DNA of 64,000 nt from Clostridia bacterium (GTDB lineage: Bacteria > Bacillota > Clostridia > Christensenellales > Aristaeellaceae): contig JAFROK010000025.1 of NCBI GenBank assembly GCA_017429695.1, forward strand, positions 4,436 to 68,435, in the 5' to 3' direction. The notes beneath the pieces were generated by a model. That model did not search any database. It worked only from the letters and a program-made list of their open reading frames with translations, and was not told the DNA's origin. Positions 20,474 to 30,722 of this stretch are shown one piece after another. The position numbers and the translations under genes were made by a program. Position 1 is the stretch's first letter. Each line of letters starts with the position of its first letter.

Positions 20474-20501
20474 CAGATGTTCCTCCCACTGTAAAAGGGT
20501 A

Positions 20502-21389
20502 TTACCAAAGGGTGTCCGGCTTATCCAGCGTTTCTTTGATATCGTCGCAGACGATCTTCGTCAGGTCCGGATTGATCCGGTCCTTCTGGATGACCAGGTG
20601 GCGGATGGTATCCGCCTTGATGGTGCCGCTGCCGGGATTGAAGACGCTTTCGACGGTGCCGCGGATGTCCGCTTCGACGTTGGCGTATTCAAAAGCGAGG
20701 GTGGTATTGATCAGGCGGCAGTTTTTCATGACCAGGTTATCGATATAACACATACCCTGCAGGCTTTCGATGGTGCAGTCGATCAGCGTCAGGTTTTTGG
20801 AATTCCAGCCCAGGTATTCGCCGGTGATGAAGGAATTCCGCACGGTGGCGTTTTCAGTGTTCCAGAAAGCGTCCTTGCTGGCCAGGTGGGAATCGGAGAC
20901 TTCCAGGTTCACCACACCGTCGAAACTGTAATCGCCGATCAGGTCCAGGTCGTGGACCTTGACGTTTTTGCTTCCCATGGCCAGGTACGGCCCCCGGGCC
21001 TTGACATGTTCCAGGGTGACGCCGTCGCAGTTCCAGAGGGTTTCCTGGGCGTTGGAAAGCATGACATTGGACAGGGTGACATCCTTGCAGCGGCGGAAAT
21101 TTTTCGGCGCCTCGATGATGGAATTGCTCATGGTGAAGTTTTTGGTATACCACACCCCGGCACGGGCCATTTCAAAGAAGGTGACCTGGTCCAGGCGGAT
21201 GTTTTCGCAGTACCAGAAGGGATATTTATACCGGAAGAGACTTTCGGTGACCCGGATATCCCGGCTTTCCTTGAGGGGCGATTCGCCGTTTTCAAACACG
21301 CAGCCGTTAAGATCCAGGTCCCGGGAGCCGAAGAGCGACCTTTCGTCGGTAAATTTGACATCTCTGTATTCCATCTTGGTTTCCTCCAT
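20502..21389 (-). CDS. DUF3737 family protein
   Basis: ERSLF, GESPLKE, KYPFW, SKDAFW, GEYLGW, QGMCY, LAFEY; the usual neighbour of patB. Confidence 0.9.
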   Translation of the reverse strand: MEETKMEYRDVKFTDERSLFGSRDLDLNGCVFENGESPLKESRDIRVTESLFRYKYPFWYCENIRLDQVTFFEMARAGVWYTKNFTMSNSIIEAPKNFRRCKDVTLSNVMLSNAQETLWNCDGVTLEHVKARGPYLAMGSKNVKVHDLDLIGDYSFDGVVNLEVSDSHLASKDAFWNTENATVRNSFITGEYLGWNSKNLTLIDCTIESLQGMCYIDNLVMKNCRLINTTLAFEYANVEADIRGTVESVFNPGSGTIKADTIRHLVIQKDRINPDLTKIVCDDIKETLDKPDTLW

Positions 21390-21408
21390 ATATCATCGGA
21401 ATAATGAC

Positions 21409-21440
21409 ATGGTAAACCTTGAAGTTTACTCTAAGTCAAG
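21409..21440 (-). promoter_or_regulatory. MerR (NmlR/AdhR)-type promoter with 19-bp spacer and dyad
   Basis: TTGACT-N19-TACCAT, with an overlapping imperfect dyad CTTAGAGTAAACTTCAAG. Confidence 0.75.
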
Positions 21441-21462
21441 GGGGAGATTCTTGTTCTGGATG

Positions 21463-22506
21463 TTACAGGTGGATTTCCATGTAGCGGCGGTAGGTGGTGA
21501 AGCCGGCGGCTTCGTAGAAGGCCAGGGCGCCGCGGTTGAATTCCCACATATTCAGCTCCAGGCGGCGATAGCCTTTTTCCACACAGTAATTCCGGATGAA
21601 GGCGATCATCGCAGCGGCGATGCCCCGGCGGCGAAGGGATTCGTCCACACAGAATTCGTCGATATCCAGGAAATTCCGCTCATACATGAAGGGGTTTTCC
21701 GGGCGGACAATGTGGTTCAGGATCGCAAAACCGGCGACCCGGCCTTCGGTTTCCGCAACGACGATTTCCTTCTGCGGATCTTCCCAGATGACATAGATAT
21801 AGTCCCGCAGTTCATCGCAGAAGCCGGGCTTGAAGACCTCCGGCTTTCCGGCAACGTGCAGGTCGTTGACCTCCCTGCGCAGCCGGTTGACCGTTTCCAG
21901 GTCCTCTTTCCGGGCAAAGCGGACGGTGACCGGAATGGATTCCCGGACAGGCGGGGGCGTCCGGTCGCCTTTCAGCAGGGCGTAATGGACGGTGTCGTGG
22001 ATCCCCCGGTTGTTCTTTCCCTCGCCGCGCATGAGGCCTTCCCGCCGCATGCCGGCTTTTTCCATCACCCGGCCGGATTTCGGGTTGTTCACATCATGGT
22101 AGGCGGTGATCCGGTTCAGGCCCACGGTGTCGAACAGGTAATCCATGACGGCCCGCAGCGCTTCCGGCATAATGCCGCGGCCCCAGAAGGAACGGCTGAG
22201 GCAGTAACCGATATCCGCGGCCTCCGTGGCTTCAGTCAGCTGGACAACGGCAATGCTGCCGATGGCATGCCCGGTTTCCTTCCACTCGATGGCCCAGTTG
22301 AAATAGTCACCGCTGTCATAGCGGGAGACCCAGCTATTGATGACATGGCGGGTCACATCGATCCCGGAATGGGCCGGCCAGGTCAGGAAGCGGGTGACTT
22401 CCGGGTCGGAAGTCCAGTTATTGAAAGCGTCATCCGCATCTTCGATCCGAAACGGGCGAAGGATCAGACGATGGGTTTCGATACGCTGCGTTCCTGTTTT
22501 GTTCAT
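21463..22506 (-). CDS. Tandem GNAT N-acetyltransferase (RimJ-like plus second GNAT domain)
   Basis: IETHRLILR, IGYCL..FWGRGIM, N..SGRVMEKAGM; second domain RRRGIA, N..AL.FYE..GF. Confidence 0.92.
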   Translation of the reverse strand: MNKTGTQRIETHRLILRPFRIEDADDAFNNWTSDPEVTRFLTWPAHSGIDVTRHVINSWVSRYDSGDYFNWAIEWKETGHAIGSIAVVQLTEATEAADIGYCLSRSFWGRGIMPEALRAVMDYLFDTVGLNRITAYHDVNNPKSGRVMEKAGMRREGLMRGEGKNNRGIHDTVHYALLKGDRTPPPVRESIPVTVRFARKEDLETVNRLRREVNDLHVAGKPEVFKPGFCDELRDYIYVIWEDPQKEIVVAETEGRVAGFAILNHIVRPENPFMYERNFLDIDEFCVDESLRRRGIAAAMIAFIRNYCVEKGYRRLELNMWEFNRGALAFYEAAGFTTYRRYMEIHL

Positions 22507-22689
22507 ATAAGGATCCGTCCTTTTTCTGCTGATCTTGCAGCATGAGTATACGATGTGCGGCAGGGGAGCGTCAAGGGATGGCTTTTCTGACCGGATTCAT
22601 GGCGGAATAATCCGTCTTGTGCGGAAGACGGAAAAGTGCTATAACCTTGCGGACGGTTCGGAAGACCGTCGGAAAGAGGTTTTATCTGT

Positions 22690-24099
22690 ATGTCCCGGAG
22701 CATGACGCGCGACCTGACGGAAGGCCGCCCCCTGAAACTGATTATCTCCTTTGCGCTGCCGCTGCTGTTCGGCGTGCTGTTCCAGCAGCTGTACAGCTTT
22801 GTGGATACCGCGATTGTCGGCCGGTTCCTCGGCGCGGAACGGCTGGCCGCCGTCGGCGCGACCGGATCCGTGAATTTCCTGGTGATCGGCCTGTGCCTTG
22901 GCCTGTGCTCCGGATTCTCCATTCCGATTGCCCAGGCCTTCGGCGCGAAGGATGAAAAACAGATCCGCCGCTGCGTGTGGCATGCCGTGGTGCTCAGCGC
23001 GGTGCTGAGCGTTGTGTTTGCCGCGCTGGCCACCGCGCTGTGCAAACCCCTGCTCCGGCTGATGAATACGCCGGAAGAGATCCTGGACCATTCCGCCCAG
23101 TATATCGGCATCATCTTTGCGGCGATTCCCTGCTGCGTGCTGTATAACATGGCGGGCGGCATCCTGCGCTCCCTGGGGGACAGCCGGACGCCGGTGGTTT
23201 TCCTGGTGATTGCTTCGCTGATCAATATTGCGCTGGACCTGTTCCTGATTATTGTATGCCGGATGGACGTGGCCGGCGCGGCGGTGGCAACGGCTGTGAG
23301 CCAGCTGATTTCCGGCATCGGCTGCGTGGTTGTGATGATCCGCCGGTTCCCGGTGCTGCATCTGGAACGGGAAGACCGGGCATTCAGCCCGAAGCTGGCG
23401 AAGAGCATGCTGGGCACGGGCCTGCCGATGGGACTGCAGTTTTCCATTACGGCGATCGGGTCCGTGCTGGTGCAGTGGTCTGTGAACGGCCTGGGCGTCA
23501 ATGCCGTGGCCGCGGTCAGCGGCGCGGTGAAGCTGAGCGCATTTTTTGCCTGCGTGTTTGACGCGCTGGCTTCCACCATGGCGACCTATGCCGGACAGAA
23601 CATGGGCGCCCGGAAACTGGACCGGATTCACCAGGGGCTGCGCTGCACCTCCGTGCTGGGCATTATTTACTGCGCACTGGCCTTCGGGGTGGTTGCGCTG
23701 TTTGCGAAGCAGCTGCTGGGACTGTTTATTGACCCGGACGCTGCGCCGGAAGTGACCGCCATGGGCGTTCAGTACCTGACGATTAACGCGGCGTTCTATG
23801 TGCCGCTGCTGTTTGTGAATATCGTGCGCCTGAGCATCCAGGGCATGGGCTTTACGCGGGTTGCGATGCTGGCCGGAATGTCAGAAATGGTTGCCCGGAC
23901 CGCGGTGGCGCTGTTCCTGGTGCCGGCGGTCGGGTTTATCGGCGCCTGCTATGCCAGTCCGACGGCCTGGGTCCTGGCGGACCTGTTCCTGTTCCCCTGC
24001 TATTACCAGATTATGCGCACCGTGCGCCAGCGGCTGATGCCCGGCACATCGGAGGAGCGGCAGAGCCGGAAGATTGTACGGCTGCACAAAGCGGCATAA
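22690..24099 (+). CDS. MATE family efflux transporter
   Basis: DLTEGRPL, QQLY.FVD.AIVG, GDSRTP, GQNMGA. Confidence 0.95.
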   Translation: MSRSMTRDLTEGRPLKLIISFALPLLFGVLFQQLYSFVDTAIVGRFLGAERLAAVGATGSVNFLVIGLCLGLCSGFSIPIAQAFGAKDEKQIRRCVWHAVVLSAVLSVVFAALATALCKPLLRLMNTPEEILDHSAQYIGIIFAAIPCCVLYNMAGGILRSLGDSRTPVVFLVIASLINIALDLFLIIVCRMDVAGAAVATAVSQLISGIGCVVVMIRRFPVLHLEREDRAFSPKLAKSMLGTGLPMGLQFSITAIGSVLVQWSVNGLGVNAVAAVSGAVKLSAFFACVFDALASTMATYAGQNMGARKLDRIHQGLRCTSVLGIIYCALAFGVVALFAKQLLGLFIDPDAAPEVTAMGVQYLTINAAFYVPLLFVNIVRLSIQGMGFTRVAMLAGMSEMVARTAVALFLVPAVGFIGACYASPTAWVLADLFLFPCYYQIMRTVRQRLMPGTSEERQSRKIVRLHKAA

Positions 24100-24176
24100 A
24101 TATCTTTTTGTTCGTCTTGCTTTTCAGGCGGTTCATTGGCATAGATTTTATATCAGGAAAGGAGGCGGACGGGGAA

Positions 24177-24884
24177 ATGATATTCGCGGCATCGGACCTG
24201 CACGGATTTCCGCTGGTCCGCTTCCTGAACGGACTGAAGGCGATCGGTTTCGGGGAAACGGATTTCCTGTATATCCTGGGGGACGTGGTGGACCGCCACG
24301 GAGACGGCGGCGCCGCCATGCTCCGGTGGATGACCGTGCAGCGGAATGTGCAGCTGCTGATGGGAAACCATGAGCAGATGATGCTCTCCTGCGCGGATAT
24401 GCTCCTTGACGCGACGCCCCGGCGGGTGAAACAGATGAGCCGGGAGAGCCTGCGGACTTTCCTGCACTGGTCGGACAACGGCGGAACGGCGACGCTGAAC
24501 GGGTTTGCCGCCCTGCGGGAAACGGATCCGGACAGTATTCCGCGGATCCTGGCATACGTCAGCCGGGCGCCGTATTATGTGGTTACGCGGGTTCGGGGAC
24601 GGGATTTCCTGCTGACCCATGCCGGACTGGGCAACTTTTCCCCGGAAAAGCCGATCGAAAGCTATACGGCGGATGAACTGCTCTGGAACAGGCCGTCGCT
24701 GGCAGATGAATATTTTGACAATGTAATGACGGTTTTCGGGCATACGCCGACGATCATGTACGGAATGCAATATGCCGGAAAGATCATCCGGACCGGGACC
24801 TGGTGCGATATTGATGTCAATACGGCCGCACACGACCAGATCGCTGTGCTGCGGCTGGATGATATGAAAGAATTTTATATTTAG
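24177..24884 (+). CDS. Calcineurin-like metallophosphoesterase (PPP family)
   Basis: SDLHG, LGDVVDR, GNHE, HAG, FGHTPT. Confidence 0.9.
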   Translation: MIFAASDLHGFPLVRFLNGLKAIGFGETDFLYILGDVVDRHGDGGAAMLRWMTVQRNVQLLMGNHEQMMLSCADMLLDATPRRVKQMSRESLRTFLHWSDNGGTATLNGFAALRETDPDSIPRILAYVSRAPYYVVTRVRGRDFLLTHAGLGNFSPEKPIESYTADELLWNRPSLADEYFDNVMTVFGHTPTIMYGMQYAGKIIRTGTWCDIDVNTAAHDQIAVLRLDDMKEFYI

Positions 24885-26509
24885 CTGCCCTGGGCAAATG
24901 CGCAGAAATATGCGCCGGCCAGGACGGCGGGCGAGTTCCAGTAAATCGCGATCTCATTTGTATCGGCGGAAGGCGTTTCATCCAGGAAGCACTTTGCGGG
25001 CGGCGTGTTTTCGCCGACCTTTTCCCGGGTGTCCGGATAGGGAAGGCCTTTGTTGGGGCCGCCGGAAATCAGGCCGGGTACCGGCGCGCCAATCCCGTCC
25101 GCCCCGGAAGGCCGGTGGTGGGGATGCATGACGGAGCGCTCTCCGAATCCGGTTACAAAGCACAGGTCCAGCGCGTTCATCCCCAGGGCATAATGCCACT
25201 GCAACAGGGCGGCGGAACGCATATCCTCCCGGCCGGTGAGTTCCGCGTTCAGGATCATGGAAACCGCGTTGCTCATGATCGGGAGGATACTGCCCCAGGA
25301 ATAGCGTTCCGGGGCAAGGGACGTGCCGTATCCGGAAGCGCGGGACAGGGCCAGGGCGGATTCGCTCTGCTTCAGGAAGGTTTCCTTCAAATCGGCGAAC
25401 AGGATGTCGCCGGCTTTTTCTTTCAGGTCAAACAGGCAGCAGACAGCGCCCAGGCCAGCCACATTCGCCCAGCCGAATTCCGTAAGCAGCAGGCCTTCGG
25501 CAAACAGGGATTCGGCGGCGGAGCGGAAGGCTGCATCTCCCGTGGCTGCCAGGAGTTCGCAGGCGGCCCAGAAGCGCTCGTCCCGGTCGGTACGGTCGCC
25601 GTACCATCCGGTGCGGACGCCATCCGGATTCCGGAAGGGGACAAACTCCGGGTTGGCCTGCAGCCAGTTCCAGGCAGAGAGGGCGGCCTGCAGCATCCGG
25701 TCGGCCAGCGCGGCTTCAAAGGGCCGGTAAACCCGGGCAGCCAGCGCGAGGCAGGCGCTGGCGGCCGCGGTGGCGCAGTGGGACACGGGCATCAGGTATT
25801 CGGGATCCGTATCCTCCTGCGGCATAATGAACGGTGCGAAGTGGTCTTTTGTCAGTTTATGCCAGAAAGCGCCGTCGGAACGCTGCATTTCCAGCAGCCA
25901 TTTCAGTTCATACAGGGCTTCGCTCAGGATGTCCGGGATTCCGCTGCCGGTTTCCGGAATGTTCAGGTCACCGGAACAGCCGGCCGGAAACAGCTTCCAT
26001 GCATAAAGCAGATGGGCCACCGTGACCGCGCCGGGGCCGGTATATTTGCCGTAATCGCCGGCATCGTGCCAGCCGCCGGGAACGCGTTTGACAAAGCCGC
26101 GGTTTTCCCATTCCGCGGCAGGCGCCGTATGGCAGGCGGGATGGGTATAAACACCGGCGTGTTCCGGGCGGAGCTCGCATCCGCAACGCTGGTAATACAG
26201 GCCCTTGACCAGCGCGTCGGTGACGGGCTGCCAGGACTGCGGCCGGACGGTAAACGTACGCGATTCGGTTTTGCACTGAAGGGTATAGACGCCCTCCGGA
26301 AGCATCCCCAGATCCATGAGGAAAACCGGATCCCCGGAGGCTTCGTCCACCGGAACGGTCCGGGGCTCAAAAGAACGGAGGACACGGCCTTCGGCATTTT
26401 TCAGGATAACCGGTTCATCCGTCACAAACGCGACGGTAACAGGCAGCCCGGCGGCATACCCCGTCTGATTTACGCGGAAAGCAGAGAGCGGCTTTTGCAT
26501 CGGCTTCAT
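24881..26509 (-). CDS. GH9 glycoside hydrolase with Ig-like N-terminal domain, no signal peptide
   Basis: RVNQTGY, GGWHDAGDYGKY, HPHHRPS, TNEIAIYWN; the track ORF extension to 27316 is spurious. Confidence 0.93.
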   Translation of the reverse strand: MKPMQKPLSAFRVNQTGYAAGLPVTVAFVTDEPVILKNAEGRVLRSFEPRTVPVDEASGDPVFLMDLGMLPEGVYTLQCKTESRTFTVRPQSWQPVTDALVKGLYYQRCGCELRPEHAGVYTHPACHTAPAAEWENRGFVKRVPGGWHDAGDYGKYTGPGAVTVAHLLYAWKLFPAGCSGDLNIPETGSGIPDILSEALYELKWLLEMQRSDGAFWHKLTKDHFAPFIMPQEDTDPEYLMPVSHCATAAASACLALAARVYRPFEAALADRMLQAALSAWNWLQANPEFVPFRNPDGVRTGWYGDRTDRDERFWAACELLAATGDAAFRSAAESLFAEGLLLTEFGWANVAGLGAVCCLFDLKEKAGDILFADLKETFLKQSESALALSRASGYGTSLAPERYSWGSILPIMSNAVSMILNAELTGREDMRSAALLQWHYALGMNALDLCFVTGFGERSVMHPHHRPSGADGIGAPVPGLISGGPNKGLPYPDTREKVGENTPPAKCFLDETPSADTNEIAIYWNSPAVLAGAYFCAFAQGS

Positions 26510-26683
26510 CCTCCCGGAAGGAGTTTTTTCCTGCAATATCAGTTGGATTGTAATCCTTATAGCTTGCTCTAAGTCAATACGGATATTTGCCGGATCGGGG
26601 ACAATTGACACCCGGCCGCAATGCAGGTAAAATGGCGACGTTTGATCGATCCGTCCATTTGCGGACAGGAAGAGGCAGGAGTA

Positions 26684-27343
26684 ATGAAACGCAGGATCGT
26701 TCTTGAATGGATCAGAATTGTCGCCGGACTGTTTGTGTTTGCCTTCGGCGTGCACCTGACCATATTCGCGAATATCGGGCTGGCGCCTTGGGACTGCCTG
26801 GGCATGGGCATATCCCGCCATACGCCGCTGAACTACGGCCTGTCCATGACGCTGATGGCGGTGATCATCCTGGGAATCGACCTGTTGCTGAAGGAGCGGA
26901 TCGGGTTTGGGACGATCATTGACGCGCTGCTGACGGGCAACTTTGTGCAGCTGTTCAACGATATCAATCCGCTTCCGCTGAATGAAAGCCTGTGGGCCGG
27001 GATTTTGATCATGCTGGCCGGATTTGCCTTTATGGCGCTGGGCATGGCCATATATATGAAAAGCGAACAATGCTGCGGCCCCCGGGACGCGCTGCTGGTG
27101 GGCCTCGGAAAACGGATGCCGAAGATACCGATCGGCATTGTGGAGATCATGCTGTGGGCGGTGGTGCTGCTGGCTGGATGGCTGCTGGGCGGCCCGGTCG
27201 GCATCGGGACGATTATCAGCACCTTCGGCGCTGGTATCGTGATGCAGCTGGTATACAATATCATTCATTTTGAACCGCGTAATATGAAACACCGGGATGT
27301 GAAAGAAATCACACAAATCCTGATCTCAAAGGAAACAACCTGA
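26684..27343 (+). CDS. YczE/YyaS-type membrane protein
   Basis: GLAPWD, IGFGTI, GPRDAL, LGGPVGIGT. Confidence 0.88.
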   Translation: MKRRIVLEWIRIVAGLFVFAFGVHLTIFANIGLAPWDCLGMGISRHTPLNYGLSMTLMAVIILGIDLLLKERIGFGTIIDALLTGNFVQLFNDINPLPLNESLWAGILIMLAGFAFMALGMAIYMKSEQCCGPRDALLVGLGKRMPKIPIGIVEIMLWAVVLLAGWLLGGPVGIGTIISTFGAGIVMQLVYNIIHFEPRNMKHRDVKEITQILISKETT

Positions 27344-27360
27344 CTTGCGGCTGCTCCGCG

Positions 27361-27387
27361 AAGACAAAAGAACCGTCCCCTTGTCTT
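27361..27387. repeat. Clostridial REP-like palindrome
   Basis: AAGACAA-AAGAACCGTCCCC-TTGTCTT, matching from memory the GACA..GAACCGTCCC..TGTC REP type. Confidence 0.6.
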
Positions 27388-27476
27388 TGAAATTTTGTAC
27401 GGACAACTCTTTCCTGTTGGATGATTATCTGTTATAATTGAATCACAAAACAGAATCACAGCAGGAGGGGACAGCC

Positions 27477-29072
27477 ATGGCCATGATGGAAAGACCGCAG
27501 GTTCGGGAAACGACGGGCGGCAAGTGCTGGGAGCACCGGTTTGATCAGTTTGAACTGAAAGTATATGTGCCGGACAATGAGATTGACGGACAGACGAACA
27601 ACTACGGTTTCCGGGCGCCGCTGCTGCTGGTGTTCGAAGAAGAAAAGCAGGATATGGACAGCGCGGTGAAGTTCGCCCGGGAAAGCGGACTGGCGAACAT
27701 CGCCGCGGGCGTCGATTCCACGGTGCTGTTTGTTTACCCCACCGCGGAAGGCGGATGGACCGGTGCGGATGAAAGCCTGTATGCTGCGGTGATTTCCGAA
27801 ATCAAGATGATCCAGGTTTACAAAGACGGAATCGTGGAAAACTACGATTTCTTCGCCAAGGAATTCAAAGGATATTTTGTCCGCGGCGCCATTTTCCGGG
27901 CGGATATTTACAGCTATGGCGCTTCGGCGGACTATGTGGCGAAGCATCTGCTGAAGACTCTGCAGGGCGAATACCTGTGGGGCCCGGGTGAGATTACGCC
28001 GGCCATGTGCTCCATGGAGCGGCTGAGCGTGGCGCCGGAAGTGCAGCGGAAGGATATCGCGGTGATCAGCGTCGGCAACAGCGCGGAAATCAACAAGGCA
28101 TTTGACGGCTGCGAACACCTGCTGGTGAAGGAAAAGGCGGAATATGAAGCGGACTATGCCAGCTTTGTCCGGCAGTTCAAGATGTGGTGCGGGAGGATCG
28201 AGCTGGAACCGGATTTCCCGGCGTTGGGCATGACGGAGGAAGCGGGAAGTGTGACCGTGAAGACATCCCCGGACCATTTCGGTCCGTTCAAGAATGAGCC
28301 GACCCACAAGGTGGGATACTTTGCCTACTACAACAACGGCATCTTCGACAACGGCCCGGCACCGCTGGTGATCGGCTTCCACGGGGGCGGGGATTCTTCC
28401 ATGTACCTGACGTTCGTGGCCGGGTGGTGGGAGATTGCCCACAAGTACAACTTCCTGTTTGTTTCGATTGAGAACCACCAGAATGTGATGGCTACCGAGG
28501 CGATTGAGGTCATTGAAGGCCTGAAGAAGCGGTACAATATTGATGAACACCGCATCTATGCCACCGGGTTCTCCATGGGCAGCGGCAAGACCTGGGACTG
28601 CTTCCAGGAATATCCGGATGTGTTTGCCGGATTGATGCCCGCCAGCGCGCTGTTCCCGGTATACACGACGTTCTTCGGCACGCCGGTGACCGACCGGCTG
28701 AACAAAACCGTACCGGTGCCGGTATTCTATTCCGGCGGCGAGGAATCCCATCTGCCGGAATTGGCCAAGCACGCGCCGACCGCCCTGGAACGGGTGCAGT
28801 ATGTGGCGGAAGTGAACAAGCTGAAAAAGGACTTCAGCCAGGTGGATTTCGAAAAGAAGGACAGCTGGGAGAACCCGATCTGGGGCCTTTCCGGCGACCG
28901 GGTGGAGAAGATTCCGGATCCGTCCCGGGGAAGCGTGCTGACGGTTCACTATTTCGACAGCGAGGACGGCGTATGCCGGACGGCTTTCGCCAGCGTCAGC
29001 GGACAGGTGCATGAGTACCGGAAACACAGCGGGGAAAATGCGTGGCTGTTTATCTCGCAGTTCACGAGATGA
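27477..29072 (+). CDS. Cytoplasmic esterase (C-terminal CE1/PHB-depolymerase-like alpha/beta hydrolase)
   Basis: PLVIGFHGGG, IDEHRIYATGFSMG, terminal His (QVHE). Confidence 0.75.
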   Translation: MAMMERPQVRETTGGKCWEHRFDQFELKVYVPDNEIDGQTNNYGFRAPLLLVFEEEKQDMDSAVKFARESGLANIAAGVDSTVLFVYPTAEGGWTGADESLYAAVISEIKMIQVYKDGIVENYDFFAKEFKGYFVRGAIFRADIYSYGASADYVAKHLLKTLQGEYLWGPGEITPAMCSMERLSVAPEVQRKDIAVISVGNSAEINKAFDGCEHLLVKEKAEYEADYASFVRQFKMWCGRIELEPDFPALGMTEEAGSVTVKTSPDHFGPFKNEPTHKVGYFAYYNNGIFDNGPAPLVIGFHGGGDSSMYLTFVAGWWEIAHKYNFLFVSIENHQNVMATEAIEVIEGLKKRYNIDEHRIYATGFSMGSGKTWDCFQEYPDVFAGLMPASALFPVYTTFFGTPVTDRLNKTVPVPVFYSGGEESHLPELAKHAPTALERVQYVAEVNKLKKDFSQVDFEKKDSWENPIWGLSGDRVEKIPDPSRGSVLTVHYFDSEDGVCRTAFASVSGQVHEYRKHSGENAWLFISQFTR

Positions 29073-29106
29073 GTTTTCAGTTAACTTGGAATGGAGGGAT
29101 TTGACG

Positions 29107-30570
29107 ATGGAATGGGTGACAAGGATCCTGATGGTACTGGCGGTGCTGGCGCTGGTGGTGATGCCTCTGGCGAAGGCCAAGGCGGACACTTTGGCGGACC
29201 GGGGCATTGAACCGGCAACATCTTACAAGAACGCCGGGGAGAACAACCCGCTGTATACCCAGCGGTTCGGCGCTGATCCCGGGGTGATGGAATATAACGG
29301 CCGGCTTTACGTGTTTATGACCAACGATATTATTGAATATGACGCCAAGGGCAATGTGAAGGAAAACGGCTACGGCCAGATCCGGCACATCAGCTGCATT
29401 TCATCGGACGATATGGTGAACTGGACGGACCACGGGCTGATTCCCGTGGCCGGGCCGGACGGGATTGCCCCGTGGGCGGTGAACTCCTGGGCGCCCTGCG
29501 CGGCCCACAAGACGATCAACGGGCAGGAGAAGTTCTTCCTTTATTTCTGCAACGGCGGCAACGGCATCGGCGTGCTGACGGCGGACAGCCCCACCGGTCC
29601 CTGGCGGGACGAGGTCGGCCAGCTGCTGATTACCCGGAAAACGCCGAACTGCGCCAACGTGACGTGGCTGTTTGACCCGGCGGTGATGGTGGACGAGGAC
29701 GGCACCGGCTACCTGGCCTTTGGCGGCGGCGTTCCGAACGGGAAGCAGGCGGCGCCGGGCACCGGACGGATTGTGCGGCTGGGCGAGGACATGATGAGCC
29801 TGGACTGCGACCCTGTGACGCTGGATATTCCGTGGCTGTTTGAAGATTCCGGCATCAACCGGATCGGGGATACCTATATCTATTCCTACTGCTCCAACTG
29901 GCAGACGGATGGGAATGACCTGGGGCTGACCAGCGGCGCAATTCAGTATATGACCTCCAAGGATCCGCTGGGGCCGTATGAATACCAGGGCGAGCTGTTC
30001 CCGAACGAGGGACGGTTCTTCGGCATGTACGGCAACAACCACCATTCCATTGCCTGCCTGAACGGGGAATACTACCTGTTCTACCACAACCGGCCGGTGG
30101 AAAAGGCCATGGGGATTACCGGCAACTACCGCAGCCCTCAGGTGGACAAGATTGAGATTGAGGAAAACGGCAGCCTGAAGCAGGTGGTCGGCACCATGAA
30201 GGGCATCCAGCAGCTGAATCCCCTGGTGCCGTTTGACGGCGTCAGCGCCGCGACGATGGCGGACCAGGCCGGGATCCGGGTGGAAACGGACGGCAGCACA
30301 TCCTGGGTGATCGGGGAAAAGGGCAGCTGGACGAAGACTGCGGATGTGTTCTTCGGGGAAAAATCGAAGAGCATTACGGTTTCCGGCAGCGCGGAAGAAG
30401 CCGGCGTGATTTATGTGATGGCGGACGGCCTGGACGGGGAGATTGCGGCGGAGATCAGCTATCCCGCGGGAGAATGGGAAGTGGAAGCGCCGCTGGAACT
30501 GATCCAGCTGCATGATCTGTATCTGGTTTTCAGCGGTGAAGCCACGCTGAAAACATGGAAGATGAAATGA
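29107..30570 (+). CDS. GH43 arabinoxylan arabinofuranohydrolase (XynD-like) with CBM6-like C-terminus
   Basis: Signal peptide, FGADP, SWAP, WLFDP, FEDSG, GNNHH. Confidence 0.9.
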   Translation: MEWVTRILMVLAVLALVVMPLAKAKADTLADRGIEPATSYKNAGENNPLYTQRFGADPGVMEYNGRLYVFMTNDIIEYDAKGNVKENGYGQIRHISCISSDDMVNWTDHGLIPVAGPDGIAPWAVNSWAPCAAHKTINGQEKFFLYFCNGGNGIGVLTADSPTGPWRDEVGQLLITRKTPNCANVTWLFDPAVMVDEDGTGYLAFGGGVPNGKQAAPGTGRIVRLGEDMMSLDCDPVTLDIPWLFEDSGINRIGDTYIYSYCSNWQTDGNDLGLTSGAIQYMTSKDPLGPYEYQGELFPNEGRFFGMYGNNHHSIACLNGEYYLFYHNRPVEKAMGITGNYRSPQVDKIEIEENGSLKQVVGTMKGIQQLNPLVPFDGVSAATMADQAGIRVETDGSTSWVIGEKGSWTKTADVFFGEKSKSITVSGSAEEAGVIYVMADGLDGEIAAEISYPAGEWEVEAPLELIQLHDLYLVFSGEATLKTWKMK

Positions 30571-30574
30571 GAGG

Positions 30575-30594
30575 GATCGCCCTGGACCTTCGGG
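30575..30594 (+). repeat. Partial copy of the intergenic repeat found at 33483-33502
   Basis: GATCGCCCTGGACCTTCGGG is identical at both positions. Confidence 0.8.
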
Positions 30595-30640
30595 ATGAAG
30601 AACCGGATTGTGATATTACTGTATTATCAAAGTTTTTTAT

Positions 30641-30722
30641 TTGACAGTAGGGGATCGGGCGGGTAAAATATCATAGCAAAGGCGGGACGTCTTTGCCGAA
30701 GTCGGTAAAGGCGTCTTTCTTT
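30641..30722 (+). promoter_or_regulatory. purA sigma-A promoter and attenuator-like leader
   Basis: TTGACA-N17-TAAAAT; then GCAAAGGCG, able to pair with CGTCTTTGC, which is also the 5' arm of the hairpin GACGTCTTTGCCGA/TCGGTAAAGGCGTC followed by TTTCTTT. Confidence 0.65.

Noticed and set aside
20959-22545. 528-aa plus-strand ORF, and similar long shadows (27456-29207, 30627-32222, 47449-48897)
   Set aside because: They lie opposite well-supported genes, show no motifs, and are expected from GC-rich codon bias.
26510-27316. N-terminal extension of the 811-aa GH9 ORF
   Set aside because: It is the antisense shadow of the YczE gene; GH9 homology and an RBS start near 26500-26509.
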